A stretch of 64,000 bases of DNA from Paracoccaceae bacterium (GCA_050633545.1 JBOEGS010000006.1:251926-315925); one strand, 5' to 3'; counted from the first letter of the stretch, positions 8,604-19,079 are shown. Translations and numbers: made by a program. The notes: generated by a model from the sequence alone, not told the origin.

Positions 8604-9815
8604 TTACTCTTGCGCTTGTCTGCCGATACGCGCGGCCAAGGCCGCAAGTCGGTCGCGCAGCGGCGCGATTTGCGAGGCCGTCGCCGCATCGATCGGGCCG
8701 CCAATCTTGGCCAATTGCGTGAGCACACCAGCCGGCGCGTCGATCTCATCGGCCGGATCGCCGGGCACATCCACGGCGAGGACCGGCGCGGCAGCAGGGG
8801 CAGGTTCAGAAGCCTGAGCGTCGGCAGCGGTGGCGGGAGCATCTGCAGGCGCGTCAAGCTCCGGCGGCGCATCGCCGATCTGTGCGGCCATGTCTTGCGG
8901 CGCCTCATCAGGGGGGGCGCTGTCATTGGGCTCTTCGGCTGCGGGTTCGGGTTCGGGCGCGGCTTGCGGCAGCGGATCGACCTGCGGCGCGGCGATCTGC
9001 GGCTCTGCCTCGGGCAGGGGCGAATCAAGCTCCGCCTCTTGCGGCTCATCCTCGGGCGGCGCGGCAAAAAGATCGGCCTGCGCTGCGGGGGCGTCCATGG
9101 GCGCGGGGGCTGGCTGTGATTCCGGCTCCGGCGTGATATCCGGCTCCGGTGCCGCCTCGGTCTGCAGCTCGCTCTGCGGCTCGGGCGCGCGCCCCTCCTC
9201 AAAGGGCAACACTTGCGCGGTTTCAGGCGCGGCCGCGGGGGCGTCAAGCGCGATCTGCGCCTCTTCTACGGTCTCGGGGCTTGCTTCGGGAGCGGCCTCA
9301 GCGGCGGTTTCAAAGGCCGGCTCGGGCGCAGCTTCCTCCGTCACGGGTGCAGGGGCGGCGGGCATTTGCGGCTCAAGCTGCGGATCTGCTGCGGGCGCTT
9401 GCTGCGGCGCGGGGGCAGGGGCCTCTGGCGCGGGTTCCGCTGTCTCGGCACTGTCTGGCATCGGCCAGCCGGAGACTTCTTTGGTCGCCGCGCTCACCGC
9501 TGTCTCACCGCTTTCGGCCATCTGTGCGGCGGTCAGCTCGTCGAGCGGCTGCGACATCGCCGCGACATGTTTAATGCCTTGCTCTTTCAGGGTTTTTTGA
9601 ACGCCTTTGATGGTCAGCCCATCTTCGTGCAACAGCTTTTTAATGCCGCCGAGCAATTCCATATCGGCAGGGCGGTAATAGCGTCGCCCACCGGCGCGTT
9701 TGACCGGTTTGACCTGACTGAATTTGCTTTCCCAAAATCGCAGGACATGCGCAGGCGTGTCCAGCCATTCGGCCACCTCGCTGATGGTGCGGAACGCGCC
9801 GGCGCTCTTGGTCAT
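8604..9815 (-). CDS. MerR-family HTH protein with long Ala/Pro/Glu-rich extension
   Basis: [22 protein letters not shown]...KRAGGRRYY MerR HTH; conserved ihfA-merR-tRNA-Pro arrangement. Confidence 0.88.
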   Translation of the reverse strand: MTKSAGAFRTISEVAEWLDTPAHVLRFWESKFSQVKPVKRAGGRRYYRPADMELLGGIKKLLHEDGLTIKGVQKTLKEQGIKHVAAMSQPLDELTAAQMAESGETAVSAATKEVSGWPMPDSAETAEPAPEAPAPAPQQAPAADPQLEPQMPAAPAPVTEEAAPEPAFETAAEAAPEASPETVEEAQIALDAPAAAPETAQVLPFEEGRAPEPQSELQTEAAPEPDITPEPESQPAPAPMDAPAAQADLFAAPPEDEPQEAELDSPLPEAEPQIAAPQVDPLPQAAPEPEPAAEEPNDSAPPDEAPQDMAAQIGDAPPELDAPADAPATAADAQASEPAPAAAPVLAVDVPGDPADEIDAPAGVLTQLAKIGGPIDAATASQIAPLRDRLAALAARIGRQAQE

Positions 9816-9827
9816 ACCAAGGGGCCC

Positions 9828-10130
9828 CTAGCGTTTGTTGCCGGAAGCGACGCGATCTTTCATCAAGTGCGACGGGCGGAACGTCAGCACACGGCGCGGG
9901 TTGATTGGCACTTCCTCGCCGGTCTTGGGGTTGCGCCCGATGCGGGCGGCTTTCTCGCGCACGGAGAACGTGCCGAAGGAGGAGATTTTCACCTGCTCGC
10001 CTTTGACCAAAGCATCCGACAAATGTTCGAGAAGGCTCTCGACCAATTGCGCGCTATCATTGCGGGAAAGTCCGACCTCGCGAAACACAGCTTCGCTCAG
10101 GTCCATGCGGGTTAACGTTTTTTCACTCAT
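9828..10130 (-). CDS. ihfA: Integration host factor alpha subunit
   Basis: [37 protein letters not shown]; downstream of fabH. Confidence 0.96.
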   Translation of the reverse strand: MSEKTLTRMDLSEAVFREVGLSRNDSAQLVESLLEHLSDALVKGEQVKISSFGTFSVREKAARIGRNPKTGEEVPINPRRVLTFRPSHLMKDRVASGNKR

Positions 10131-10283
10131 TCCATCCCCCTCGGATTTTTCCAACCATAGGGCGATTGGATTTTCCGAGTCAATATCAACGACTTGGAAG
10201 CAGGGGTTTATGTGCGAAAAGATGCTGTTTGAGGGGGGGGTAACTGCCTCGGCCTGTGGAGAAACCGGCCCGAGCGCGTCAGT

Positions 10284-11258
10284 CTACCAGCGCAGCGCGA
10301 CCGAACCCCACGCCAAACCGCCGCCGATGGCTTCGGCGACCAGAAGATCGCCGCGCTTGATTTGCCCGCGCTCGACACCCACCGCGAGCGCCAAGGGGAT
10401 CGAGGCGGCGGAGGTATTGCCGTGGTCCTGCACGGTGACCACGACTTTTTCCATCGGCAGGCCCATCTTTTTGGCGGTGCCTTGGATGATGCGGATGTTG
10501 GCTTGATGCGGGACGATCCAATCGACATCGGCCTCGGTCAATCCGGCTTTTTCCAAGGTGCGATGCGCCGTGGAGGTCAGTTTTTCAACCGCTTGGCGGA
10601 ACAGCGGATTGCCTTGCATGCGCAGCTTGCCCGAGGTGCCGGTGCTGCTCACGCCGCCATCGACATAGAGCATGTCGCGAAAGCGCCCGTCGGAATTGAG
10701 GTCGGTGGCAAGGATGCCTTGGTCGGCAGGGGTGCCTGCGGCCTCGGCGGCCTCAAGGATCAAGGCGCCCGCGCCATCGCCGAAGAGGACGCAGGTGGCG
10801 CGGTCTTCCCAATCCATGATGCGGCTGAAGGTTTCGGCGCCGATGACCAAAACGCGGTCGGCTTGGCCCGAAACGATCAAAGCATTGGCATTGGAGAGCG
10901 CGAAAATAAATCCGGCGCAGACCGCTTGCACGTCAAAGCCGTAGCCGCGGGTCATGCCGATTTTTTCCTGCACCATCGTGGCAACGGAGGGAAAGGTCAG
11001 ATCGGGGGTCGAGGTGGCGACAATAATGGCGTCGATGTCATCGGCGACCATGCCCGCATCGGCCAGAGCGGCGCGCGCCGCATGGGCGGCCAGATCGGAG
11101 GTGGTTTCGCCCTCGGCGGCGAAATGGCGCCGCTCGATCCCCGAACGGGTGCGAATCCATTCATCCGACGTGTCGAGGGATTTTTCAAACTCGCTATTGG
11201 GGACAACACGTTCGGGCAGGTAATGCCCGATACCTTTGGCAACGGCGCGTTTGATCAT
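10284..11258 (-). CDS. fabH: 3-oxoacyl-ACP synthase III
   Basis: DTSDEWIRTRSGI, AVCAGF, PHQAN and HGNTSAAS catalytic motifs. Confidence 0.97.
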   Translation of the reverse strand: MIKRAVAKGIGHYLPERVVPNSEFEKSLDTSDEWIRTRSGIERRHFAAEGETTSDLAAHAARAALADAGMVADDIDAIIVATSTPDLTFPSVATMVQEKIGMTRGYGFDVQAVCAGFIFALSNANALIVSGQADRVLVIGAETFSRIMDWEDRATCVLFGDGAGALILEAAEAAGTPADQGILATDLNSDGRFRDMLYVDGGVSSTGTSGKLRMQGNPLFRQAVEKLTSTAHRTLEKAGLTEADVDWIVPHQANIRIIQGTAKKMGLPMEKVVVTVQDHGNTSAASIPLALAVGVERGQIKRGDLLVAEAIGGGLAWGSVALRW

Positions 11259-11262
11259 TTTG

Positions 11263-12384
11263 TTATTTTCCGTCCTGGCTGGCCGTATCGGCGCTTTTTT
11301 GTGCATCTTGGGGCAGGGCCGTGGCGGATGCAACCCGCGCGGCGAGTTTATCGGAAAACCCCGAGCGCGCCAGCTGGAAGGCCAGTTTCACCGCCGCTGA
11401 AACGCCCATCGCATCGGCCGATCCATGCGATTTCACCACCGTGCCGTTCAGGCCCAAGAACACACCGCCATTGACGCGGCGCGGGTCGATCCGCTTTTTC
11501 AGGCGCTGCATCGACGTAAAGGCCAGAACCGCCGCCAGACGCGAGAGCGGCGAAAATTTGAAGGCTTCCTTGAGCAGATCACCGATCAGGCTGGCGGTGC
11601 CTTCGCCTGTTTTGAGCGCCACATTGCCGGTGAACCCGTCGGTGACGATGACGTCGCATTTATCACCCGGAATATCGCCGCCTTCGACAAAACCGACGAA
11701 TTCGATATTGGCGCGCTCGGCGACGCCGGAGATCAGATCATGGGCTTCTTTAAGCTCGGCGCGGCCCTTGTGCTCTTCGGTGCCGACATTGAGCAAGCCG
11801 ACGCGCGGGCGCTCCAGCCCCATGCCGTTGCGCGCATAGGACGAGCCCATCATCGCATATTGCAACAGGTCCTGCGCATCGGCGCGGATATCGGCGCCCA
11901 CGTCGAGCATGACGTTAAAGCCTTGGGGATTGCGCGAGGGCCACAAGATCGCAATGGCGGGGCGGTTGACGCCAGGCAATTTGCGCAACCGCACCATCGA
12001 CAGCGCCATCAGCGCGCCGGTATTGCCGCAAGAGACACAGACCGTTGCCTCGCCCGCGCGCACCGCATCGACGGCGGACCACATCGAGGTGCCCTTGCCG
12101 TGGCGCATCACTTGGCTCGGCTTGTCGTCCATCGTGACCACATCGGCGGCATCGCGAATCTCTACGCGGCCAGCGAGCGGTTTGCGTTTGGCGACAAGTT
12201 TCTCGAGCGTGTCTTTTGGCCCGTGCAGCAAAAAGGCGATTTGCGCGTTCTTCTTGGCCGAACGAGAAATGCCGGCGACAACTGCCGCCGGCCCACGGTC
12301 GCCGCCCATGGCGTCAACCGAGATAATGATTTTCTGGTCGCTGGCACCCGCGTCCGCAGGGATATGATCCTTAAGAGCGGTCAT
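11263..12384 (-). CDS. plsX: Phosphate acyltransferase
   Basis: SVDAMGGD, GNTGALM, DGFTGNVALKTGEG and KSHG motifs; rpmF-plsX-fabH operon. Confidence 0.97.
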   Translation of the reverse strand: MTALKDHIPADAGASDQKIIISVDAMGGDRGPAAVVAGISRSAKKNAQIAFLLHGPKDTLEKLVAKRKPLAGRVEIRDAADVVTMDDKPSQVMRHGKGTSMWSAVDAVRAGEATVCVSCGNTGALMALSMVRLRKLPGVNRPAIAILWPSRNPQGFNVMLDVGADIRADAQDLLQYAMMGSSYARNGMGLERPRVGLLNVGTEEHKGRAELKEAHDLISGVAERANIEFVGFVEGGDIPGDKCDVIVTDGFTGNVALKTGEGTASLIGDLLKEAFKFSPLSRLAAVLAFTSMQRLKKRIDPRRVNGGVFLGLNGTVVKSHGSADAMGVSAAVKLAFQLARSGFSDKLAARVASATALPQDAQKSADTASQDGK

Positions 12385-12408
12385 AGCGGCGCCAGTCCCT
12401 TCGGGCGA

Positions 12409-12615
12409 TTATGCCGCGTCGTCGTCCAGATCAATTTCGTCTGCCATCGCGATGACTTCGCGATCGGCGTAGTTGCCGCAGGAGGGGCAGACGTGGTGCG
12501 GGCGCTTGAGCTCGCCGCACGACGGGCATTCGTTGGGGTTTGCCGCAACCAATGCGTCATGTGCGCGGCGGTTGTTGCGGCGCGATTTCGATACTTTGTT
12601 CTGCTGGACAGCCAT
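12409..12615 (-). CDS. rpmF: 50S ribosomal protein L32
   Basis: [19 protein letters not shown] and CxxC...HHVCxxCG zinc ribbon. Confidence 0.97.
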   Translation of the reverse strand: MAVQQNKVSKSRRNNRRAHDALVAANPNECPSCGELKRPHHVCPSCGNYADREVIAMADEIDLDDDAA

Positions 12616-12909
12616 GTCGCAACCCTTAGATTTTTGGGGGCCGCATGGCCCAGTTTCACAGGTGTTGGCGGCTCATAATCTGTCACGAGAGCCAAGTCCA
12701 ACCCTAAATTCGGATGAGGCCGCGAAAATACTGCGAAATCGTCATTGTGCAAGAGATTCTTTTGCACTGCGGCGAAGCCGCGCCGCTGCAGGCAAAGGTA
12801 TGGTGCGGGCAGGGCAAAAAGAGCGGCGGGGTTGCGCGAGGCTGGACCCTTGGCAATCGCCCCGCCGGTAAACCCGAATTGCCGATGCCTTGATCCGCCG
12901 CGGGTTTCG

Positions 12910-13536
12910 TTACGTCTCCTCGCCGCCCTCCATTCGGGCCTTGAGCGCGGCAAGACCGGCAAAGGGTTTGGCCTTCTCTTCGGTCAAAGGCTCGGCGCCC
13001 TCGGCGGTATATACCGCCTCGCCCAGATGCGCGCCGTCCTTGCGCGGGTAGAGCGGCAAGGCCAGCGCCAGCGCCTCGACCATGACGGCGGCGGGGTCGA
13101 TCACATCGCCCAATGGCTCCAGCGTTTCGTCGTCGGGCATCTCGATGCCCTCTTCTTCATCCGTGTCGCCAACGAGGGCCGCGTCAAAATCGGGGGAAAA
13201 GCGGCGCGCGACATCGGTGTCGATGCGGGTGCTGACCGGCTCGAGCGTGACAACGCAGGGCTGCGTGACCGTCGCGCCAAGGCGGCCCTTGAGCAGCCAG
13301 TCGCGTTTGCCATCGGCCTGCACCTCGCCTTGAAAGCTCAATTTGCGCAGCCCGCTCAGGCCCAGATCTTTGGCCAGCGCGGCCATATCCGCGCTGCTGG
13401 GCGCGACGTTGAAACGGGTCGGGTGGCTTGATTTGAGCGCCGAGACGCGCAGGGGCGCGGATGAGGCGGCGGCTTTGCCGGAGCTTGCGGCGGAGGACTT
13501 CGGTGAGGCGTTGGGGGAAGACTTAGGCGAAGACAT
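12910..13536 (-). CDS. YceD/DUF177 family protein
   Basis: QPCVVTLEPV, EALALALPLYPR and PFAGLAALK motifs; upstream of rpmF. Confidence 0.9.
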   Translation of the reverse strand: MSSPKSSPNASPKSSAASSGKAAASSAPLRVSALKSSHPTRFNVAPSSADMAALAKDLGLSGLRKLSFQGEVQADGKRDWLLKGRLGATVTQPCVVTLEPVSTRIDTDVARRFSPDFDAALVGDTDEEEGIEMPDDETLEPLGDVIDPAAVMVEALALALPLYPRKDGAHLGEAVYTAEGAEPLTEEKAKPFAGLAALKARMEGGEET

Positions 13537-13792
13537 GGCGCGGTGTCCTTCAAGGCTTGGCCGCCCGCAGTGTCGGGCGGGGGAAGGCGGTCATTGTAAA
13601 TCGCGAGGGCGCGATCAAACGGGGCAATGCGCGCGGCGGGCGCGATTGAAACGGGGCGGATGCGCCTATTTAGGTGAGTGCTGGTCAAGAGACACAAGAA
13701 GAAGTATTCTTGAAAGCGCGGCGATCCTTCTGTAAGCGAGATAAAAGCCAGACAGGGCCAAAGCAAGGCCAAAGCAAGAGGGCAGATACAAC

Positions 13793-14245
13793 ATGGGCAG
13801 AGTTATGAGCGCCAAATATGCGATGATCGGTCTTTTGGTCGCCGCGCTTGCCGCCTGTGCGCCGATGGTGCGCAAACATGGCTATACGCCCGGTGATGAG
13901 GAGCTTGCCCAATTGGCCGTGGGTGTCGACGAGCGCGATGCGGTCTACGAGATGTTCGGCGCGCCTTCGGTCGCGGGCGTCTTGGAGGGCGGCGATCTCT
14001 ATTACGTCGAAAGCTACATCCGCCGCTATGGCATCAAAAAGCCCGAAGTGATCGAACGCACCGTTCTGGCGATCAGCTTTGACGATCAGGACCGCGTCGC
14101 CAATATCGAGCGCTTCACGCTGGCCGATGGCAAAATCGTGCCGATCTCGCGCCGCGTGACCTCTTCGTCGGTCGAGGGCAAAAGCTTCTTGCGCCAGCTT
14201 TTGGGCAACCTTGGCAAATTCAACGCCGACGGCTTCTTGCAATAA
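13793..14245 (+). CDS. bamE: Outer membrane protein assembly lipoprotein BamE
   Basis: Lipobox LAAC then HGY, V..MFGAPS; SmpA/OmlA pattern, divergent from DUF177. Confidence 0.88.
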   Translation: MGRVMSAKYAMIGLLVAALAACAPMVRKHGYTPGDEELAQLAVGVDERDAVYEMFGAPSVAGVLEGGDLYYVESYIRRYGIKKPEVIERTVLAISFDDQDRVANIERFTLADGKIVPISRRVTSSSVEGKSFLRQLLGNLGKFNADGFLQ

Positions 14246-14406
14246 TACGCCCTATACGACGCTCTGCGGCGCGCAGGGTTTGCGGCCTCGCCGGCCTCAG
14301 GCGCGGCGGGTTTTTCGGCGCGCGCCTTTTGCGTCACTGCACTGTCACATCTTGCGTGCTATGGGAGGCGTGACTAGCTTGGATCTGTGATCATAGGGGC
14401 GGCGCA

Positions 14407-15138
14407 ATGTTGGCATTAAGCAAGGGGCGCTATCGCGCGCGGATCGCGCAAGGGGCGGGTGATCTGACCGCTGCGCAGCAACTGCGCGCTTTGGCTTTTG
14501 GCACGGGGCGCGACCGCGACGAAGATGATTTCGACGCCATCTGCACCCATATCCTGATCGAGGACCAGCGCGACGGGCGTTTGCTGTGCTGTTTTCGTTT
14601 CTTGCCCTTGACCGGCGGGGCCGAGATCGGGCGCTCCTATGCGGCGCAATTCTATGATCTGGGCGCTTTGGCCGATTTTGACGGGCCGATTGTGGAAATG
14701 GGCCGGTTTTGCATCCATCCCGAGGCGCGCGACGGCGATATCTTGCGCGTCGCTTGGGCGGCGATGACGCAATATGTCGATGACAACGGGGTCGAGCTTT
14801 TGTGCGGATGCTCCTCCTTTGCGGGCACCGATGCCAAACATTACCTCGACGCTTTTGCGATGCTCAAATTGCGCCACCTCGCCCCCAAACGGTGGTTGCC
14901 GCGCGTCAAGGCCCCTGCGGTGTTTCAATTCGCCAAGAAACTGCGCCGCAAGCCCGATGCCAAATTGGCGATGCTGCGCATGCCGCCCTTGTTGCGGACC
15001 TATCTGCTCATGGGGGGCTGGGTGTCGGACCATGCGGTGGTCGATACCCATATGAACACGCTGCATGTGTTTACGGGGCTGGAGATCAAATCGATCCCGC
15101 CCGCGCGCAAACGGCTTTTGCGCGCTGTGGCGGGCTGA
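14407..15138 (+). CDS. OlsB-family amino-lipid N-acyltransferase (GNAT), probably the glutamine-lipid GlsB type
   Basis: AAQQLR..F, D.DDFD..CTH, VEMGRFC, LCGCSSF and MPPLLRTYL.MGG motifs of the OlsB family; adjacent to bamE. Confidence 0.8.
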   Translation: MLALSKGRYRARIAQGAGDLTAAQQLRALAFGTGRDRDEDDFDAICTHILIEDQRDGRLLCCFRFLPLTGGAEIGRSYAAQFYDLGALADFDGPIVEMGRFCIHPEARDGDILRVAWAAMTQYVDDNGVELLCGCSSFAGTDAKHYLDAFAMLKLRHLAPKRWLPRVKAPAVFQFAKKLRRKPDAKLAMLRMPPLLRTYLLMGGWVSDHAVVDTHMNTLHVFTGLEIKSIPPARKRLLRAVAG

Positions 15139-15247
15139 TTGGCGCATTGGTTTGAGCGGTGATTTGGGCGTCGATTTGACGTCGATTTGAGCGCGGGCGC
15201 ATAACTCCTCGCTTGACGCCAGCAGGGCGCGCGATTACGTGGCGCTC

Positions 15248-17065
15248 ATGGCACGCGCACCCCTTTTACAACTCACCGATATTTCCCTCACCTATGGCGG
15301 CGATCCGATCTTTGCCGATCTGTCGATGGTGGTCCATCCGGCCGACCGTGTCGCTCTTGTGGGGCGCAACGGATCGGGCAAATCCACGCTGATGAAGGTC
15401 ATGGCCGGATTGGTCGAACCCGACGGCGGCGCGGTTATCGTCTCGCCGGGGGTTTCGGTTGGCTATATGGAGCAGGACCCGACGATGGAGGGTTTTGCGA
15501 CGCTCGGCGATTACGCCTGCTCGGCGCTGGACCCGTCGGAGATGTACCGCGTCGAGATGGCGGGCGAGGGGTTGAAATTCGACCCTGACCGCGCGGTTTC
15601 GACCGCCTCGGGCGGCGAGCGGCGGCGCGCGGCCTTGGCCAAATTGATGGCCGAAGCGCCCGAATTGATGCTGCTTGACGAGCCGACCAACCATCTCGAT
15701 ATCGAAGCGATTGCATGGCTGGAGGCCGAATTGAGCCAGACGCGGGCGGGGTTTGTTTTGATCTCGCACGACCGTGCGTTTTTGCGTGCGCTGACCCGCG
15801 CGACCTTGTGGATTGATCGCGGCGCGGTGCGGCGGCAGGAAACCGGATTTGACGGTTTTGAAGCGTGGCGCGACAAGGTGTGGGAAGACGAGGATATGCA
15901 GCGCCATAAACTCGACCGCAAAATCAAATCCGAGGCCCGTTGGGCGGTCGAAGGCATTTCGGCGCGGCGCAAGCGCAACCAAGGCCGTGTGCGCGCCTTG
16001 CAAGACCTGCGCGCCGAACGGGGCGCGCAAATCAAACGCCAAGGCGCCGCCGCAATGGCGATCGAGGCGGGGACAAAATCGGGCCGCAAGGTCATCGAAG
16101 CGGCGCATCTGGGCAAAGCCTTTGGCGGCAAAACCATCGTGTCGGATTTTTCGTTGACGGTGCTGCGCGGCGACCGGATTGCCTTTGTCGGGCCGAACGG
16201 GACCGGCAAGACCACGCTGCTCAAAATGCTGCTTGGCCTCGAGGCCCCCGACAGCGGCACGGTAAAATTGGGCACCAACCTCGAAGTGGCGTTCTTCGAT
16301 CAGGCGCGCGCCCAGCTTGACCCCGACATGAGCCTTTGGGACAGCCTGACCGGCGATCCCGATATGCGCGTGTCCGGCAAGGCCGATCAGGTCATGGTGC
16401 GCGGCATGCCCAAACATGTGGTCGGCTACCTCAAGGAGTTTCTGTTCGACGAGGCGCAAGCGCGCGCGCCGGTGCGTTCGCTCTCGGGCGGGGAAAAGGC
16501 GCGTTTGCTTCTGGCCAAGCTTTTGGCCAAGCCGAGCAATGTGCTGGTGCTCGACGAGCCGACAAATGATCTCGACGTCGAGACGCTGGATTTGTTGCAA
16601 GAATTGCTCGACAGCTATGACGGCACGGTTTTGCTGGTCAGCCACGACCGTGATTTCCTTGACCGTGTGGCGGCGACCACCGTGGCGATGGAGGGCGACG
16701 GGCGCGCCGTGGTCTATGCGGGCGGCTGGAGTGATTATCAGGCGCAAAAAGCCGAAATCGCCGCGCAGGCCAAGCCGGTGAAAACCGAGGCGGCGAAACC
16801 CTCCGCCAAGGCGCAGGCCGCTGCCAAATCCTCCAAATCGGGGCTGAGCTTTACCGAAAAGCACCGGCTGGAGGCCTTGCCCGCCGAGATCGAGCGGCTA
16901 GAGGCCGAGATTGCCAAGCTCGAAGATTTCCTCGCCGCGCCCGATCTTTATACCAAGGAGCCGGTGAAATTCGCCAAGGGCACCGAGGCTTTGACCGAAC
17001 GCCAGCAGGCTTTGGCGCGCGCCGAGGAAGAATGGATGATGCTTGAGGAAAAGGCCGAGGCGTAA
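15248..17065 (+). CDS. uup: ABC-F family ATPase (Uup-like)
   Basis: Two ABC cassettes (GRNGSGKST, GPNGTGKTT; SGGE; LDEPTN), no TM helices, C-terminal LSFTE coiled coil. Confidence 0.88.
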   Translation: MARAPLLQLTDISLTYGGDPIFADLSMVVHPADRVALVGRNGSGKSTLMKVMAGLVEPDGGAVIVSPGVSVGYMEQDPTMEGFATLGDYACSALDPSEMYRVEMAGEGLKFDPDRAVSTASGGERRRAALAKLMAEAPELMLLDEPTNHLDIEAIAWLEAELSQTRAGFVLISHDRAFLRALTRATLWIDRGAVRRQETGFDGFEAWRDKVWEDEDMQRHKLDRKIKSEARWAVEGISARRKRNQGRVRALQDLRAERGAQIKRQGAAAMAIEAGTKSGRKVIEAAHLGKAFGGKTIVSDFSLTVLRGDRIAFVGPNGTGKTTLLKMLLGLEAPDSGTVKLGTNLEVAFFDQARAQLDPDMSLWDSLTGDPDMRVSGKADQVMVRGMPKHVVGYLKEFLFDEAQARAPVRSLSGGEKARLLLAKLLAKPSNVLVLDEPTNDLDVETLDLLQELLDSYDGTVLLVSHDRDFLDRVAATTVAMEGDGRAVVYAGGWSDYQAQKAEIAAQAKPVKTEAAKPSAKAQAAAKSSKSGLSFTEKHRLEALPAEIERLEAEIAKLEDFLAAPDLYTKEPVKFAKGTEALTERQQALARAEEEWMMLEEKAEA

Positions 17066-17077
17066 CCTCGGCCTTTT
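17049..17077. terminator. Bidirectional hairpin overlapping the uup stop
   Basis: aaaaggccgagg-cgtaa-cctcggcctttt. Confidence 0.7.
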
Positions 17078-17106
17078 GGCATTTCGGGCAGGGCGCGCCG
17101 CCGCGC

Positions 17107-17859
17107 CTATTGCATCCGCAAGGCCCCGTCGATGCGGATCACCTCGCCGTTGAGATATTCGCTTTCGCAAATGAACCGCGCCAGAGCGGCAAATTCCGCC
17201 GGATCGCCCAATCGCTGCGGGCAGGTGACATCGCGGGCCAATGTGGCGCGCACCTCTTCGGGCAATCCCATGAGCATCGGGGTCAGGAAGATGCCCGGCG
17301 CGATGGCCATGACCCGAATGCCGTCACGGGCCAGATCGCGCGCCATGGGCAAAACCATCCCCGCGATCCCCGCTTTGGAGGCGGCATAGGCGGCTTGGCC
17401 CTTTTGCCCGTCAAAGGCGGCGATCGAGGCGGTGTTGATGATCACCCCGCGCCCGCAGCCTTTGAGCGGCTCCTCGCGCGCGATGACCTCGGCGGCCAGA
17501 CGGGCGATGTTGAAGCTGCCCACGAGGTTGATGTCGATGGTGCGCTGGAACCCCGCCAAGGAATGCGGCCCCTCGCGCCCCAAGGTTTTCTCGCCCGTGG
17601 CGATACCGGCGCAATTGATCGCCGCGTTGATGCCGCCCATGGCTTTGGCGGCGGCGGTGATCGCCGCTTGGGCGCAGGTCTGGTCGGTGACATCGGTTTG
17701 CACGAAATCCGCGCCGATCTCGGCGGCCACATCGGCGCCTTTGGCATCGCGGTCAAGGATCGTGACCTTGCCGCCGCCCGCGATCAGCGCGCGCGCCGTG
17801 GCCTCTCCCAGACCCGATGCGCCGCCGGTGACGACGGCTTTGACCTTACTGATTTGCAT
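17107..17859 (-). CDS. SDR oxidoreductase, 3-hydroxyacyl-CoA dehydrogenase type II-like
   Basis: VTGGASGLG, NCAGI, NTASIAAFDGQKGQAAYAASK and IRIDGALRM motifs. Confidence 0.9.
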   Translation of the reverse strand: MQISKVKAVVTGGASGLGEATARALIAGGGKVTILDRDAKGADVAAEIGADFVQTDVTDQTCAQAAITAAAKAMGGINAAINCAGIATGEKTLGREGPHSLAGFQRTIDINLVGSFNIARLAAEVIAREEPLKGCGRGVIINTASIAAFDGQKGQAAYAASKAGIAGMVLPMARDLARDGIRVMAIAPGIFLTPMLMGLPEEVRATLARDVTCPQRLGDPAEFAALARFICESEYLNGEVIRIDGALRMQ

Positions 17860-17937
17860 GGCTGCTCCTCCCGAGTGCTGCAATTGAACATGCGTTCATT
17901 AAATCGCAGCACGCCGCCCCTGTCAAAAGCCAAAGGC

Positions 17938-18999
17938 CTAGGGCGCGATTTTCGGGAACATCTTTTTCGCCGCCCAGCTCAGCGAGATTACCGTCAAAGT
18001 GATCCGGTAGAGGTGGTGGATGGTGACATAGGCCGGATTGGCCGACAAAGACAGCGCCACCAGCGCCATTTCCGTCACCCCGCCCGGAGCAAAGGAAATC
18101 AGCAAGACTTCGAAATTCTCGCCGGTCAGAGGAATGATCGCCAGCGCCATCAAGGCCCCGAGCCCCAGCATGGCGCCGACCGAAACCAGCGAGAGACCAA
18201 GCCCTTTGACGAGCATCTTGTGGCTGATCCCTGCAAAGCGCGTGCCGAGCGAGGCGCCGACCACGATCTGCGCCAGATTGACCAGCCATTGCGGCAGATC
18301 GACGGCGTAAATCCCGCTCAAGGACAGGGCCGCGCCAAGGATCAATGGTCCGGTGAGCTGTCCGGCGGGCAGGTGCAAGCGGCGGCCCAACACCACCCCC
18401 GCAATGGCAATGGCGATCAGCGGTATGAGATGGGGCAGGTCGGTCGCCCCGCGCGCCATGGTCGCGCCGCCCGAACTGCCCACGGGGGCGCCGTGGTAGA
18501 TCGACAGGCCGATGGGCAAAAGCGTGACCACCATGATGATGCGCAAGAACTGCTGTAAGATCAGCGCGCGAATATCGGCGCCCGCTTCCTCGCCCAAGGT
18601 GATCGCTTCGATCAAACCGCCCGGCGAGCCGCAAAAGAAGGCCGTGGCGCGATCATAGCGGCCAAGCCTATGAAAAATATAGTAGTTTGAAACGTGCGCC
18701 AGAACGACGAAGACGGTAATTGCGGCAAAGCTGACCGCCATGGCGGGGATTTGCGCGAAAAGCTCCATGGTGACCTGCGCGCCGATCATCAAACCGATCA
18801 GGGCAATAAATCCGGCGCGGAAGTTTTCGGGGAATTTGAACCCTTCGGGCAACCACGCGCCCTTGAAGGTCGCCAAAAGCGCCACGGCCAGCATCGAGCC
18901 GAGCATGAAAGGCAGCGGCAATCCGGCCCACTGCGCCGCAAAGCCGCCAAAAGCCCCGAGGGCGACAAGACCGGCGGTCAAACGGATCAGTGAAAGCAT
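17938..18999 (-). CDS. AbrB family membrane protein (putative ammonia monooxygenase-like family)
   Basis: Duplicated hydrophobic halves with LP..MLG and PGG..EM/EA motifs. Confidence 0.85.
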   Translation of the reverse strand: MLSLIRLTAGLVALGAFGGFAAQWAGLPLPFMLGSMLAVALLATFKGAWLPEGFKFPENFRAGFIALIGLMIGAQVTMELFAQIPAMAVSFAAITVFVVLAHVSNYYIFHRLGRYDRATAFFCGSPGGLIEAITLGEEAGADIRALILQQFLRIIMVVTLLPIGLSIYHGAPVGSSGGATMARGATDLPHLIPLIAIAIAGVVLGRRLHLPAGQLTGPLILGAALSLSGIYAVDLPQWLVNLAQIVVGASLGTRFAGISHKMLVKGLGLSLVSVGAMLGLGALMALAIIPLTGENFEVLLISFAPGGVTEMALVALSLSANPAYVTIHHLYRITLTVISLSWAAKKMFPKIAP

Positions 19000-19079
19000 C
19001 GTATCTCCGCAGGCTCAAACGGGCCGAGGCTCGGCCAAAGGACGGCCTGTCGGGCGAGACGCGGGAAGGGCCGGACGGC

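Noticed and set aside
12616-12909. Possible structured RNA or leader upstream of rpmF
   Set aside because: Only a plausible promoter and weak GC pairings; no recognisable riboswitch or ncRNA motif.
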